This document shows positions 9,127 to 18,799 of a stretch of DNA of 64,000 nt, piece by piece; the stretch's first letter is position 1; each line of letters begins with the position of its first letter. Below the pieces are notes generated by a model. It was not told the origin of the DNA. It saw nothing but the letters and a program-made list of their open reading frames with translations, and searched no databases. The stretch comes from Clostridiaceae bacterium. Its GTDB lineage: Bacteria; Bacillota; Clostridia; Saccharofermentanales; DTU023. The translations under genes and the position numbers were made by a program. The stretch is taken from contig DUOO01000003.1 in assembly GCA_012838795.1 (NCBI GenBank), positions 568 through 64,567 on the forward strand. Direction: 5' to 3'.

Positions 9127-10299
9127 ATGATAAATAGGGATATTTCTACCAGATTAATAGGGATTGCTAACCAAGTTCCTGTTGTAACTATAATTGGACC
9201 CAGACAATCAGGAAAAACTACTTTGGTTAAGAATTCTTTTCCGGAATATAATTATGTCAACTTGGAAGATCCGATAAACAGGATATTTGCAAAAGAAGAT
9301 TATCGAGGTTTTTTTGAGACATATAGGGAACCTTTAATCATAGATGAAGTTCAAAGAGTACCTGAACTTCTTTCCGCAATACAAGTTATGGTTGATGAGG
9401 GCAGAGGAAAGAATGGTCGTTTTATACTTACCGGAAGCCATCAACCTAGCTTGCAAAAAGGGATTGCACAATCCCTGGCAGGTAGAACCAGTATTTTAAC
9501 TTTACTTCCATTAAGTATGAATGAACTTGCAGAAGAAGAATTATTAGAGGAATTATCTACTGATAAATTACTTTTACAAGGCTTCATGCCGGAACTTTAT
9601 AGAGAAGGATCCAGAGACCCTGGCGTTTATTATCGAGATTATTTAAATACGTATGTTGAAAAAGATTTACGAGAAATGTTGGAAATTAAAAATTTAGATA
9701 AGTTTTTACGATTTCTGACCTTGCTCGCAGGCAGGGTAGGACAAGTAGTAAATTTGTCTGCTATGTCAGGAGAGGTGGGGGTTTCTTCTACGACTTTATC
9801 TGAATGGTTATCTGTACTCGAAGCCTCTTATATTGTATATAGGTTAAAACCCTATTTTTCTAATATTACAAAACAACAGATTAAATCACCCAAAATCTAT
9901 TTTACAGAAATCGGATTAGCATCCTATCTTTTAGGAATAGAAACCGAGAATCAGGCAAATCGTGATCCGTTGAGAGGTAATCTATTTGAAAATCTAGTTG
10001 TTTTAGAAGCTCTTAAGTCAAGGCTAAATAAAAATCAAAATCCTAATCTCTACTACATGAGAACAGCTAAAGGAGTTGAGGTGGATTTAATTCTAAAAAA
10101 AGAAAATTACTTGTATCCATTTGAAATTAAATCATCTATGACTCCAAACAAGTCATATTCCAGACACTTGCTTTCCTTTGTTGCTGCAGAAGAAGGGGCT
10201 AAAAATCCAAGGATAATATATGCCGGACAGTCATACCCACAATTTAATGGTGTGGAGTATATAAATTTTAAGAATTTAGAAAAACACCTGAATGATTAA
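9127..10299 (+). CDS. AAA+ ATPase (AAA_14) with DUF4143 C-terminal domain
   Basis: Walker A GPRQSGKT, Walker B IIDEVQ, LTGS, SLAGR, KSPKIYF, FEN, EVDLI...FEIK. Confidence 0.9.
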   Translation: MINRDISTRLIGIANQVPVVTIIGPRQSGKTTLVKNSFPEYNYVNLEDPINRIFAKEDYRGFFETYREPLIIDEVQRVPELLSAIQVMVDEGRGKNGRFILTGSHQPSLQKGIAQSLAGRTSILTLLPLSMNELAEEELLEELSTDKLLLQGFMPELYREGSRDPGVYYRDYLNTYVEKDLREMLEIKNLDKFLRFLTLLAGRVGQVVNLSAMSGEVGVSSTTLSEWLSVLEASYIVYRLKPYFSNITKQQIKSPKIYFTEIGLASYLLGIETENQANRDPLRGNLFENLVVLEALKSRLNKNQNPNLYYMRTAKGVEVDLILKKENYLYPFEIKSSMTPNKSYSRHLLSFVAAEEGAKNPRIIYAGQSYPQFNGVEYINFKNLEKHLND

Positions 10300-10423
10300 A
10301 TAATGTTCTGTTGGATGAGCAATAATCAGCATAATTTTAATTAGGATAATTTAGATTATGCTAATTTGGTTTATGTTAAATTTCTATATATAATTTTAGT
10401 TAGAATACTAACGGAGATCATAA

Positions 10424-11230
10424 ATGGATATTAATTCTGAAGAGAAAAATAATGCTTGGAAGTCTGTTTCGGAACTGAAACAAATAGAAAAAGATATTTC
10501 TGATTATGGTTACGATATTGAGTTTATTGAAGTAAAAGAAATGAACGGCTCAGTTTTTTATCGTGAAATAGGTGATCTTAATAACTACGAAATTCCGAAT
10601 GTGTTTGAAACTCAGTACGGAAGATTTAACAATAACAATAATGGCGAATTCCCAAGTTGGCTGGAAAAAGAAGACTATAAAGGATTGACGAAAAAAGAAA
10701 GAGAAATGCATAGTTTTTTTGGTCAGGCTGATTACTGTATAGAGGGTAATTTCCACGACATGTTTGATTGCGGGCAATATACGTATGCAGTTTCTGAATT
10801 ACATCATCTGGCAGGAAGATGGTTCAAGATTGTGAGGATTGATCAGAATCTTCAAACAGCTGTTCTATATGAAAATACTTTTTTTGGTGAAGGAACTTTT
10901 TTGGAATATCATGGTTGGTTTGAAAATGAGTTCGGGTGCATTGTTGTTACAAGTGGTTTTACTATCTTAGAAGATGAGAAATTCAGGGAAAGAAAAATTA
11001 TTTATAATACGACACTATTTCAAATCAGCTTTGATGGAAACTGGAGTATTGCCAAAACGTGGGAGATAAATATTCCTGGTTCTAATAATATTGTATTGTA
11101 TGGGGATTCAATTTACTTTGGACAAAATAAAATGGTTACAAGTTTGGATATTAACACCGGAGAATTTGCCTATTTTACTAATAAAAGCGATGAAGAGTTG
11201 GCCGCACTTAATAATATCCGGAAACTTTAG
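10424..11230 (+). CDS. Hypothetical protein, 268 aa
   Basis: Long ORF with GGAG SD; no family recognised. Confidence 0.7.
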   Translation: MDINSEEKNNAWKSVSELKQIEKDISDYGYDIEFIEVKEMNGSVFYREIGDLNNYEIPNVFETQYGRFNNNNNGEFPSWLEKEDYKGLTKKEREMHSFFGQADYCIEGNFHDMFDCGQYTYAVSELHHLAGRWFKIVRIDQNLQTAVLYENTFFGEGTFLEYHGWFENEFGCIVVTSGFTILEDEKFRERKIIYNTTLFQISFDGNWSIAKTWEINIPGSNNIVLYGDSIYFGQNKMVTSLDINTGEFAYFTNKSDEELAALNNIRKL

Positions 11231-11403
11231 TACAAGATAAAAATTTCATAACTCTATGATTATTCTATAAACACTTGAATGAAAATATTTCAAAGACTTG
11301 AATATATACTCCTCAAAGCCTTTAAGTATATAATTATGAAGAGCATTTCTTCTTAAAGAGAATTGAATCATATTCTCAGAATATATAAAGGAGATGATCT
11401 AAG

Positions 11404-11898
11404 TTGGAAATCAGATATATAAATTCAATGGATGACAGAAACATGCTTAGTAAGATATATGAGCAAAGCTGGAGGAAAACTTATCGTGGTATTATCCCTC
11501 AAAATTATCTGGACGCAATTCCAAAAGGTCACTGGAATAAGAACTTTGATATTCCGGGATGGAATACAGTGGTTTGCATTAAAGATGGAGAATACATCGG
11601 TACCAGTAGCTTCAGTAAATCAAGATTTGATAAATATCCGGATTCAGGAGAAATAATTTCAATATATTTGATTCCCGAATATATAGGAAAAGGATATGGG
11701 AGTAAGCTGTTAGAATTTGCAATTAAGGAATTAAAAGACCAGAGATTTAAGGATGTCTTTCTTTGGGTTCTGGAAGAAAATTTTAGAGCCAGGAAATTTT
11801 ACGAAAATAATGGATTTGTATACGATGGCGACTACATTAATAACAAAATTGGCGGGAAGAAATTGAGAGAAGTGAAATACTCTTACCAATTTACATAA
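11404..11898 (+). CDS. GNAT family N-acetyltransferase
   Basis: SWRKTYRGIIP, IYLIPEYIGKGYGSKLL (acetyl-CoA loop), LWVLEENFRARKFYENNGF; TTG start with AAGGAG. Confidence 0.92.
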   Translation: MEIRYINSMDDRNMLSKIYEQSWRKTYRGIIPQNYLDAIPKGHWNKNFDIPGWNTVVCIKDGEYIGTSSFSKSRFDKYPDSGEIISIYLIPEYIGKGYGSKLLEFAIKELKDQRFKDVFLWVLEENFRARKFYENNGFVYDGDYINNKIGGKKLREVKYSYQFT

Positions 11899-11963
11899 AG
11901 CATGAATCGGATTGCAGAAAAGTGGTTTTAGTAGACCCACATTTTAAAAGTAATATAAGTACA

Positions 11964-12008
11964 ATGGTTAAGGTGTCTGGGAATGCGGTTTCCAGACACC
12001 TTGACCAT
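11964..12008 (+). terminator. 20-bp stem-loop between convergent GNAT and telA genes
   Basis: ATGGTTAAGGTGTCTGGGAA-TGCGG-TTTCCAGACACCTTGACCAT; both mismatches are G-U compatible on the + strand. Confidence 0.6.
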
Positions 12009-12078
12009 GAAAATTAAAATTTACGGAATTTTTCTGCACAGCCTGAAATTTACAGAAATTTTTCTGTACTGCTGTCTC

Positions 12079-12112
12079 ACACCTTGAAAATTCCTTGAAA
12101 TTTTCAAGGTGT
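12079..12112. terminator. 14-bp perfect stem-loop just downstream of telA
   Basis: ACACCTTGAAAATT-CCTTGA-AATTTTCAAGGTGT. Confidence 0.6.
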
Positions 12113-12125
12113 TTTCAAAAATACC

Positions 12126-13271
12126 TTATCTTCTATGTTTTAACAGAGTTTGTTTGAGTTCTTCTTCAATTAACAGTAAGTCTTTTTCAGCTTGTTGTCT
12201 TTGATTATATCCTTCCTGGTGGATTTTTATTGTTTCTTCAATCGTATCAATTAAGTCGCGATTAGTCTTTTTGAGGGTTTCAATTTCAATGATTCCTCTT
12301 TCTGATTCTTTGGCTACTTCGATCGTATTTTGTTTTAATTTTTCCGAATTCTTCAATAATAACTCATTAGTTGTATCAGTTACCGATTTTTGTAATTGCA
12401 ATGCCTTTTCTTGTCTGGCTAAACCCAAGGCAATAACAATTTGGCTTTTCCATAAAGGAATCGTATTTAAGATTGCCGTTTGAATTTTATCAACTAAAAC
12501 TTTATCGTTATTTTGAATTAATTTAATTTGCGGAGCCGTTTGCATAGCCATTGATTTAGATAATTTTAAGTCGTGTACTTTTTTCTCGAATCTGTTAACG
12601 GTTTCTTCAAAGTCGGAAACTAATTGAGCATTCATCGGGTCACCCGATTCTTGTGCTTCTTTTCTTAATTTTGGAATAGTTACGGTCGTCATTTCATCAA
12701 TAACTTCTTCACCGGCAATAATATATAAATTTAAGCTATGGAAATACTCTAAGTTTTTACTATATAACTCATCGTACATCGCTATGTCTTTCATCATTTC
12801 AACTTTGGCATTATCCAATTGTCCTTCAATCCTATCGATTTGAACTTCAACTGTTTCAAATTTATTTCTGAATCTTTCAATTTTACGTTTTAGTCCGCCC
12901 GGCAGAAGGCCTAAAAGTCCTTTACCTTCTCCGATAGAATCAATTTCCATTTCTTTGACTTGAACCATTAAATCTGACAGTAGTTTACCGGCCTCACCAA
13001 TATCCTTATTTTTAACTTTATCTAAAATGGTATCAGAAAATTGAGCCAGATTTCTTTGGGCTCCGACACCGAATGAAACAGCTTGATTAGAGTCCATAAT
13101 ATTTAATCCGCTTTTGATCTCATCTACTTTTTCTCTTTGTTCAGGAGAAAGTTCTTTTGTTCTTTCTGCCATATCTGCCTGAACTTCTTGTTTGATAAGT
13201 TCCGTATTTTGCGAAGGTTGGCTCAATACTTCTTTATTTTGTTGTAAATCTTTTAAACTAATTTCTGCCAT
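12126..13271 (-). CDS. telA: Toxic anion resistance protein (TelA/YaaN family)
   Basis: FGVGAQ, RFEKKVHDL, QTAPQIKLIQNND, NTIPLWKSQ, ESERGII; start moved to ATG 13271 after AAGGAG. Confidence 0.92.
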   Translation of the reverse strand: MAEISLKDLQQNKEVLSQPSQNTELIKQEVQADMAERTKELSPEQREKVDEIKSGLNIMDSNQAVSFGVGAQRNLAQFSDTILDKVKNKDIGEAGKLLSDLMVQVKEMEIDSIGEGKGLLGLLPGGLKRKIERFRNKFETVEVQIDRIEGQLDNAKVEMMKDIAMYDELYSKNLEYFHSLNLYIIAGEEVIDEMTTVTIPKLRKEAQESGDPMNAQLVSDFEETVNRFEKKVHDLKLSKSMAMQTAPQIKLIQNNDKVLVDKIQTAILNTIPLWKSQIVIALGLARQEKALQLQKSVTDTTNELLLKNSEKLKQNTIEVAKESERGIIEIETLKKTNRDLIDTIEETIKIHQEGYNQRQQAEKDLLLIEEELKQTLLKHRR

Positions 13272-13338
13272 ATAAATTCTCCTTATAATTTTTTTTGTTC
13301 TGTTAACTAAAAAAAACATCTTTGGTTAACAGAGCCAA

Positions 13339-14400
13339 TTAATAATTTTTTAATTCTTCTATAATCATTTCCATAATCTTAAAATCAGGCATAGGCATCA
13401 CTTTATTTATTTGATTTGCTACACCCTGAACACCGAAAACTGAGGGATCCTGCGCTCCTGACACTCCTGTTCTAAAACCGTGTTTTTTCCAAGCTAAATC
13501 TTGAATTTTATCATCCATTAAAGCTGTAATGGTTTCTTCTCCCAATTCATCCAAAGCAATCATTACATGTGAAGAATAAACAGTAGGAGTAGGGTAGATA
13601 ATAACAATATCCTGACCGATTTTTTCCCAATCTTCCGTATTGGAAATGGCAAATTCCAGAATTTGATTTTCATAAGCAGCGATCATCGGATAAGCACCGA
13701 CTCCCATTTTTAAAAATTGTTCGAAAAGGTCATGCGAAGAAGTGTCCATATATCCCATTTTGCCAAAAAAGTTTTTGACATCAGGCATAATTTTTTCAAA
13801 ATCATCTTTGTTGTCAACAACTCCTTTATTAATGGAGTTGGCAATTAATCCGGCAAACATGTTACCTGAATTTGATTTAGTCGGATCAGTAGTTTTAACT
13901 GAAATTGAACCGTATAGTTCAGGCAACCCGATATCTGCCCAAGTTTTTCCTGCAATAATAGCTTCTGCAAATTTCTCCATATCCATATACCAGGAGCCAT
14001 TTTCTTCAACAACATATCCATGTTCAATTAATTTATCTTTAATATTTGCATGTGTATATAAAACCAATGGAGTATTTAAAATAATTTCTGATTTTTTAGG
14101 AGCACCGATTTCAGTTTTATATAATTCCAAAGCTGTTTGAGATGCAGGAAATAAATAATTCATATTTTCTTTATCTGCTCTGACCATATCTATGGAACCG
14201 GCTTTTTTGTAATTGACATCTAAGTCATAATCTTTCTTCATTATAGATTTAAATTCTTCATCTTCAAATAAGCCTATTTTTTCTCCGCCTAAGTAGCCAT
14301 CAACTTTTTGTAAAGCTTTCGGCTTGAAAAACATAAATGCAATTACAGTGATTATCACTATTAATAGAACAACTAAACCTATTATTTTAGATTTATTCAT
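13339..14400 (-). CDS. Membrane-anchored solute-binding-protein-like protein of the TelA/vWA operon
   Basis: N-terminal TM helix; GGEK, GSIDMV, TPLVLY, TTDPTKSNSG, YENQ, AWKKHGFRT. Confidence 0.75.
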   Translation of the reverse strand: MNKSKIIGLVVLLIVIITVIAFMFFKPKALQKVDGYLGGEKIGLFEDEEFKSIMKKDYDLDVNYKKAGSIDMVRADKENMNYLFPASQTALELYKTEIGAPKKSEIILNTPLVLYTHANIKDKLIEHGYVVEENGSWYMDMEKFAEAIIAGKTWADIGLPELYGSISVKTTDPTKSNSGNMFAGLIANSINKGVVDNKDDFEKIMPDVKNFFGKMGYMDTSSHDLFEQFLKMGVGAYPMIAAYENQILEFAISNTEDWEKIGQDIVIIYPTPTVYSSHVMIALDELGEETITALMDDKIQDLAWKKHGFRTGVSGAQDPSVFGVQGVANQINKVMPMPDFKIMEMIIEELKNY

Positions 14401-15008
14401 ACATTACCTTCCTCCATTTTAACTGTTTGAGTTAATACTTTAACATCAGTTGAAATATCCATGATTTCTCCTTGCATTAAATGTTCAAACTGTTTATCAA
14501 AGGAATTTGTCAATATATTAAGACCGTTAATAACATCTTCTCTGGCCTTTAATATACTTTCTCCTTTAACTCTTGATTTATGCAATTTATCATATTTAGA
14601 TATTAAAGATGAAGCGGTTTCCAAATAATAATTAATAAATCTCCGGGCTAAGGGAATTTTCCCCGGATTTTCTTGTAAATGCTCAAAAATAGAAATTCCG
14701 GACTTATATAAGTGTTCAGACAAATTTTTAATTTCATTATCATAAGAAATTTTGCTGCCTGCTTCTAAAACTTGAATATCATCGAAAGCGTCAGACATCA
14801 ATTGTTTCATTTCCTCGCCATTAGCTTCTTTCAGTTTGATGGAACCTATTTTTAACTGTGGTTTACCGGCTAAATAGAATCCGACATATGCAGCTACAGG
14901 TAAAGCTATTAACAATGGGATAGGCATTTTGAGTAATAATGTTATTACAAATGTAATCAGACCACCTATGACTCCTATTATTGTTTGTCTTATCTCGCTT
15001 TTTTTCAT
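14397..15008 (-). CDS. XpaC-like (5-bromo-4-chloroindolyl phosphate hydrolysis family) membrane protein
   Basis: Two N-terminal TM helices; ARRFINYYLET and DISTDVKVL motifs; usual TelA neighbour. Confidence 0.8.
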   Translation of the reverse strand: MKKSEIRQTIIGVIGGLITFVITLLLKMPIPLLIALPVAAYVGFYLAGKPQLKIGSIKLKEANGEEMKQLMSDAFDDIQVLEAGSKISYDNEIKNLSEHLYKSGISIFEHLQENPGKIPLARRFINYYLETASSLISKYDKLHKSRVKGESILKAREDVINGLNILTNSFDKQFEHLMQGEIMDISTDVKVLTQTVKMEEGNV

Positions 15009-15024
15009 CTTTTAGAATCCTTGT

Positions 15025-16650
15025 TTAATTATAGCCCTTTACACTTCTGAATGCTCCGACCAAATCTTCTCTGCCATCAAATACTCGTGCATTTGTATAT
15101 TCTGCAATTTCATCTAATTGGCCGGGATCTGACGATCCGAACATAATAGAAAATACCGGAATATCTTGTCCGAATTTATCATATTTAGTCATAAAATCCG
15201 AGAAGCCTTCTTCGCTTCTGCCATCAGTCATCAGAACGATCGCAGGATTATATTGCGACAAATCATATTTAGTCAAAATATCTAATGCTTCATCCAAAGC
15301 TCTATACATGTTTGTACCGCCACCAATTGATTGCTCTTGAATTCTTTGATTTAAATCTGATAAAGACTCTTGAGAACCGTCTTCGGCAAAAGCTGTATCA
15401 AGCACTCTGTCGTCAAAGAAAATAACATGATTAATTTCAGATTGGTTAGCTTGAATATATAATGAAGAAGCTTTTTCCTGATCTAAAATTAAATCCATTG
15501 CTTCTTTGACTTGATCTTCACCGGTTCCTGACATAGAACCGGAAAAATCCAAACAATAGATTGTTAAAGAAGGTTTTCTGAATTCAGATTGATATAAGTT
15601 TAACGCCTCATTTAATACTTCAGCGTTAGGCGTTTTAATAGGAGACAAGACTCTTTCCGTATCTAAGCCCCAATCAGGATTAAACACCTCTTTATTGTTA
15701 TCAAATATTCCTTGATAGCCGGTTCTTCTGCCTAGTTTTTGTAATTTATCCTGAGTTTCATCGGACGTAATAAATTCTTGAAATTCTAAAAATAATTCTT
15801 CTTGTTTTTCATTTCCGTTATCTATATAACCTAAAGGAGAATCTGCAATACTCATGCCGTCATAAGGATATACTACATATAAAGGTTCTTCACCTCTGGC
15901 AATTAATTCTTGATTAGTAGTAATAATTAATGACTCATAATTGACCATGGCATCATATTCACCATTTAAGAATAAAGTCTTTAGCCATTCCGATGAACCG
16001 GAGGATCTGTCAACTCCTTGCAGTAATTTTGTAATATTATTTTGCAGAGTTTGATCTTTTAAATGCTCTTCGGTAATCACTTCAGGACTTCCTGCCAAAG
16101 CGTTTAAAAATCCTAAATAAGCACTGGCACCGGAATTCGACTGGGTTGCTGAAGTCATGCAGAATTTTAATTTTCCGTTTTCAATAGCTTCCATAATATC
16201 TTTGATTGAGACTTCTTTCCCGACAAATCCCAATTCTTCAGCTAATGATTTTCTTATTCCAAATACTACCGGAGTAATTGTTGTAGATTCAATATGTTTT
16301 ACTCTATGAGAATTGTCGCCCATAGAAATCCAAATATTACTCGCCGGCCAAACAGCATCATAAGAATCTGTTTCAGATTGAAGTTCTCTCATAATATCTA
16401 TTGAACCTTTATAAGTCATTTCAATCTTAGCTTTATTATCGTCAGCAAATTCTCTGATAATATCTTCCAATTCTTTATTTTCAGATCCGGATACAATTCT
16501 TAATACTTTGCTTCCGGTACCGATTTCAGTAGTCTTGGAAGACGATTTTCCTTGATTAGATGATTTTTCCTGATTAGAGGAGCCTTTACCGGAACATCCG
16601 GTTAAAATAAGGATTAATCCCAATATTAAAAGTAGTATTCTTTTTTTCAT
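15025..16650 (-). CDS. Lipoprotein with solute-binding domain and C-terminal vWA domain
   Basis: Lipobox LTGC; SGSEN, VWPAS, TSATQSNSG; MIDAS DFSGSM, GGT, MTDG. Confidence 0.9.
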   Translation of the reverse strand: MKKRILLLILGLILILTGCSGKGSSNQEKSSNQGKSSSKTTEIGTGSKVLRIVSGSENKELEDIIREFADDNKAKIEMTYKGSIDIMRELQSETDSYDAVWPASNIWISMGDNSHRVKHIESTTITPVVFGIRKSLAEELGFVGKEVSIKDIMEAIENGKLKFCMTSATQSNSGASAYLGFLNALAGSPEVITEEHLKDQTLQNNITKLLQGVDRSSGSSEWLKTLFLNGEYDAMVNYESLIITTNQELIARGEEPLYVVYPYDGMSIADSPLGYIDNGNEKQEELFLEFQEFITSDETQDKLQKLGRRTGYQGIFDNNKEVFNPDWGLDTERVLSPIKTPNAEVLNEALNLYQSEFRKPSLTIYCLDFSGSMSGTGEDQVKEAMDLILDQEKASSLYIQANQSEINHVIFFDDRVLDTAFAEDGSQESLSDLNQRIQEQSIGGGTNMYRALDEALDILTKYDLSQYNPAIVLMTDGRSEEGFSDFMTKYDKFGQDIPVFSIMFGSSDPGQLDEIAEYTNARVFDGREDLVGAFRSVKGYN

Positions 16651-16999
16651 TTAATATTATTCTCCCTTTTTTGAATAATTAATGATTTATTTAATCTGAT
16701 TTTATGTTTTTTTTACTTTATAGTTACTTAATCTCCATAGCTGATCTGAATAACCTAAACCTTTTGGAGAAATCTTATCATTTCTATGTAAAGTAATTGT
16801 TAAATATAGTTGCTTCTTGAACATTAGAATATGAAAATGAGCTTTGCCAATCTAAAGATCACACACTGGCTTAAGTAAGCGGGGTCATCTCTTTCCTGCC
16901 ACATATAGCGAACTCAGACAACCGTAAAAAAATGCCTCGAAATCCGGTAAATCAGAGCTTTAAAGCAGCTAGGTTATAATTTACAAAAGAATTCTCAAT

Positions 17000-18142
17000 T
17001 TACGGATTCAGATAATTATAAATTTCCAGAGACAGATCTTGCATCAGAAGATCGGCTTGATAAGCATCCGGAGAATCGGTCATTATGGTTAAAACATAGT
17101 CACAATTAGGGGATTTGATAATTGCTGCATCATGACTTAAAGAATCCAGTTCACCGGTTTTATTGGCTGTAATTGCTCCATTTGGTAAAAGTGCAGGGAT
17201 TTTCCAAGTGCGTTCCTGAGCTGATAACAATTCATACATTTTTTGTGATGCTTCGGCATTGACCAATTCACCCCGGCAAACCATCGACATAAAACGTCCG
17301 ACATCTAAAGCAGAAGATTCAAATACATAATCTGTCGGATATATTAATCGCTCGTTACCGTTAATTACCATCAAACTATGAATTGTTGTTTGATTAAAAT
17401 TATTTTGCATACAAAAATCATCGACAAAATCAAACATGTTTCTCTCAGGTACCGCATCCTGCAATTGATAAAAGAGTCGATTAAAAGCTGCATTGTCACT
17501 TTCTGTGATCATTATTTGTAAGTCATAGGCTATGTTTTTATCATATTCGATGATTCCGTCTTCAATTGATTGGAAAATTGTACCCGTCAAAAATAATTTG
17601 GCCAGACTTGCCGGATACATCGGATCTTTTTGAGTAGCAAAAATCAGATCATGGTTTAAGATTTCAAAGTAGATATCGATTTCACCGTTAAAAGAATCTA
17701 TTGCGGGTTGAATGATATTATCAGTGATTTCTGAAAACATTTGCTCATTGATTGTTGAAGAATCGATTTCAGCAGAATCGGCTTCAGAAGATGTAAGTTC
17801 TTCAGTTAAAGATTCTTGTTCAGCAGTTTTGATTTGAGTATCATTTGTTTTGGACAGAATTGGAGAAGTTGAAGATGATTTGCTTATCTCAGATTCAATT
17901 TTAGTTTGGAGATTTGTTTTTGATTCGTCTGCGACTGAATTATTATCTGCATCAGATTCCGATGAATATAATTCTTGTTTCGTTTCTTCGTCGCTAAGAG
18001 TTGTTTCAGAAGAATTATTTGTGATTAAATTAACGGATCCACCTTTTTTATTGCTAACAAGAAAAAAATTAACAGCAAGAAATATAACGATGATAACTGT
18101 TAAAATACTTGCGATTGTTTTTAAGGATTTGGGGTTTTTCAT
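17000..18142 (-). CDS. Membrane-anchored serine hydrolase (class A beta-lactamase-like / PBP fold) with Ser/Thr/Glu-rich linker
   Basis: SxxK (ASLAK), SDN and KTG motifs; start set at ATG 18142 after GGAG (ORF track starts at 18226). Confidence 0.85.
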   Translation of the reverse strand: MKNPKSLKTIASILTVIIVIFLAVNFFLVSNKKGGSVNLITNNSSETTLSDEETKQELYSSESDADNNSVADESKTNLQTKIESEISKSSSTSPILSKTNDTQIKTAEQESLTEELTSSEADSAEIDSSTINEQMFSEITDNIIQPAIDSFNGEIDIYFEILNHDLIFATQKDPMYPASLAKLFLTGTIFQSIEDGIIEYDKNIAYDLQIMITESDNAAFNRLFYQLQDAVPERNMFDFVDDFCMQNNFNQTTIHSLMVINGNERLIYPTDYVFESSALDVGRFMSMVCRGELVNAEASQKMYELLSAQERTWKIPALLPNGAITANKTGELDSLSHDAAIIKSPNCDYVLTIMTDSPDAYQADLLMQDLSLEIYNYLNP

Positions 18143-18343
18143 TATCATTACTCCAAGCGGAACTAAATCAAATTTCAAATGAAAATTGATAATACCAAGC
18201 AAAATGATTCTCAGATTATTAAGCAATATAGAGCTTTTAATTGATTAATGCAAATAAATGTTTGGTATCATATTCATAATAAAGATTTTCGTTATGTATT
18301 ATAATATTTTGAAAATAATATAATTATTGGAAAAGAGCGCAAG

Positions 18344-18796
18344 ATGAGAGCAATAATTCAAAGAGTTACACAGGCACAGGTTTCAATTGCTAATGAAGTT
18401 ACCGGAGAAATCGAGCAGGGATTTGTGATTTTTTTAGGGGTAGGGGCAGAAGATGCTGAATCTGAAGCGGATTTTTTATGGAGAAAGATTTCCCGCATGA
18501 GAATTTTCGCCGATGCTGCAGGCAAAACCAATCTGGATCTCAATACAGTTGGCGGTAATCTGTTAATAATATCTCAATTTACACTATATGCTGATTGTAA
18601 AAAAGGTAATCGGCCCAGCTTCACCAAAGCAGCTTCACCGGAGTTAGGAAAGACACTTTATGAATATTTTTTGGAGCTTGCCCGAAAAGAGTTCCCAAAG
18701 GTTCAAAGTGGTGAATTTGGTGCTGAAATGGCAGTTAGTTTAGTCAATGACGGACCTTTCACAATAATATTAGATACTGAAGAACTCAAAAAATAA
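18344..18796 (+). CDS. dtd: D-aminoacyl-tRNA deacylase
   Basis: MRAIIQRV, SQFTL, GNRPSF, NDGPFT. Confidence 0.97.
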   Translation: MRAIIQRVTQAQVSIANEVTGEIEQGFVIFLGVGAEDAESEADFLWRKISRMRIFADAAGKTNLDLNTVGGNLLIISQFTLYADCKKGNRPSFTKAASPELGKTLYEYFLELARKEFPKVQSGEFGAEMAVSLVNDGPFTIILDTEELKK

Positions 18797-18799
18797 GCC

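Noticed and set aside
8944-10676. DGR template/variable repeat pair
   Set aside because: The five differences (C/T, G/T, A/G, C/A, G/A) are not adenine-specific on either strand, and no reverse transcriptase is present
17000-18142. Antibiotic-resistance class A beta-lactamase
   Set aside because: Membrane anchor, long linker and no recognisable omega-loop ExxLN motif; fits a PBP-like serine hydrolase better
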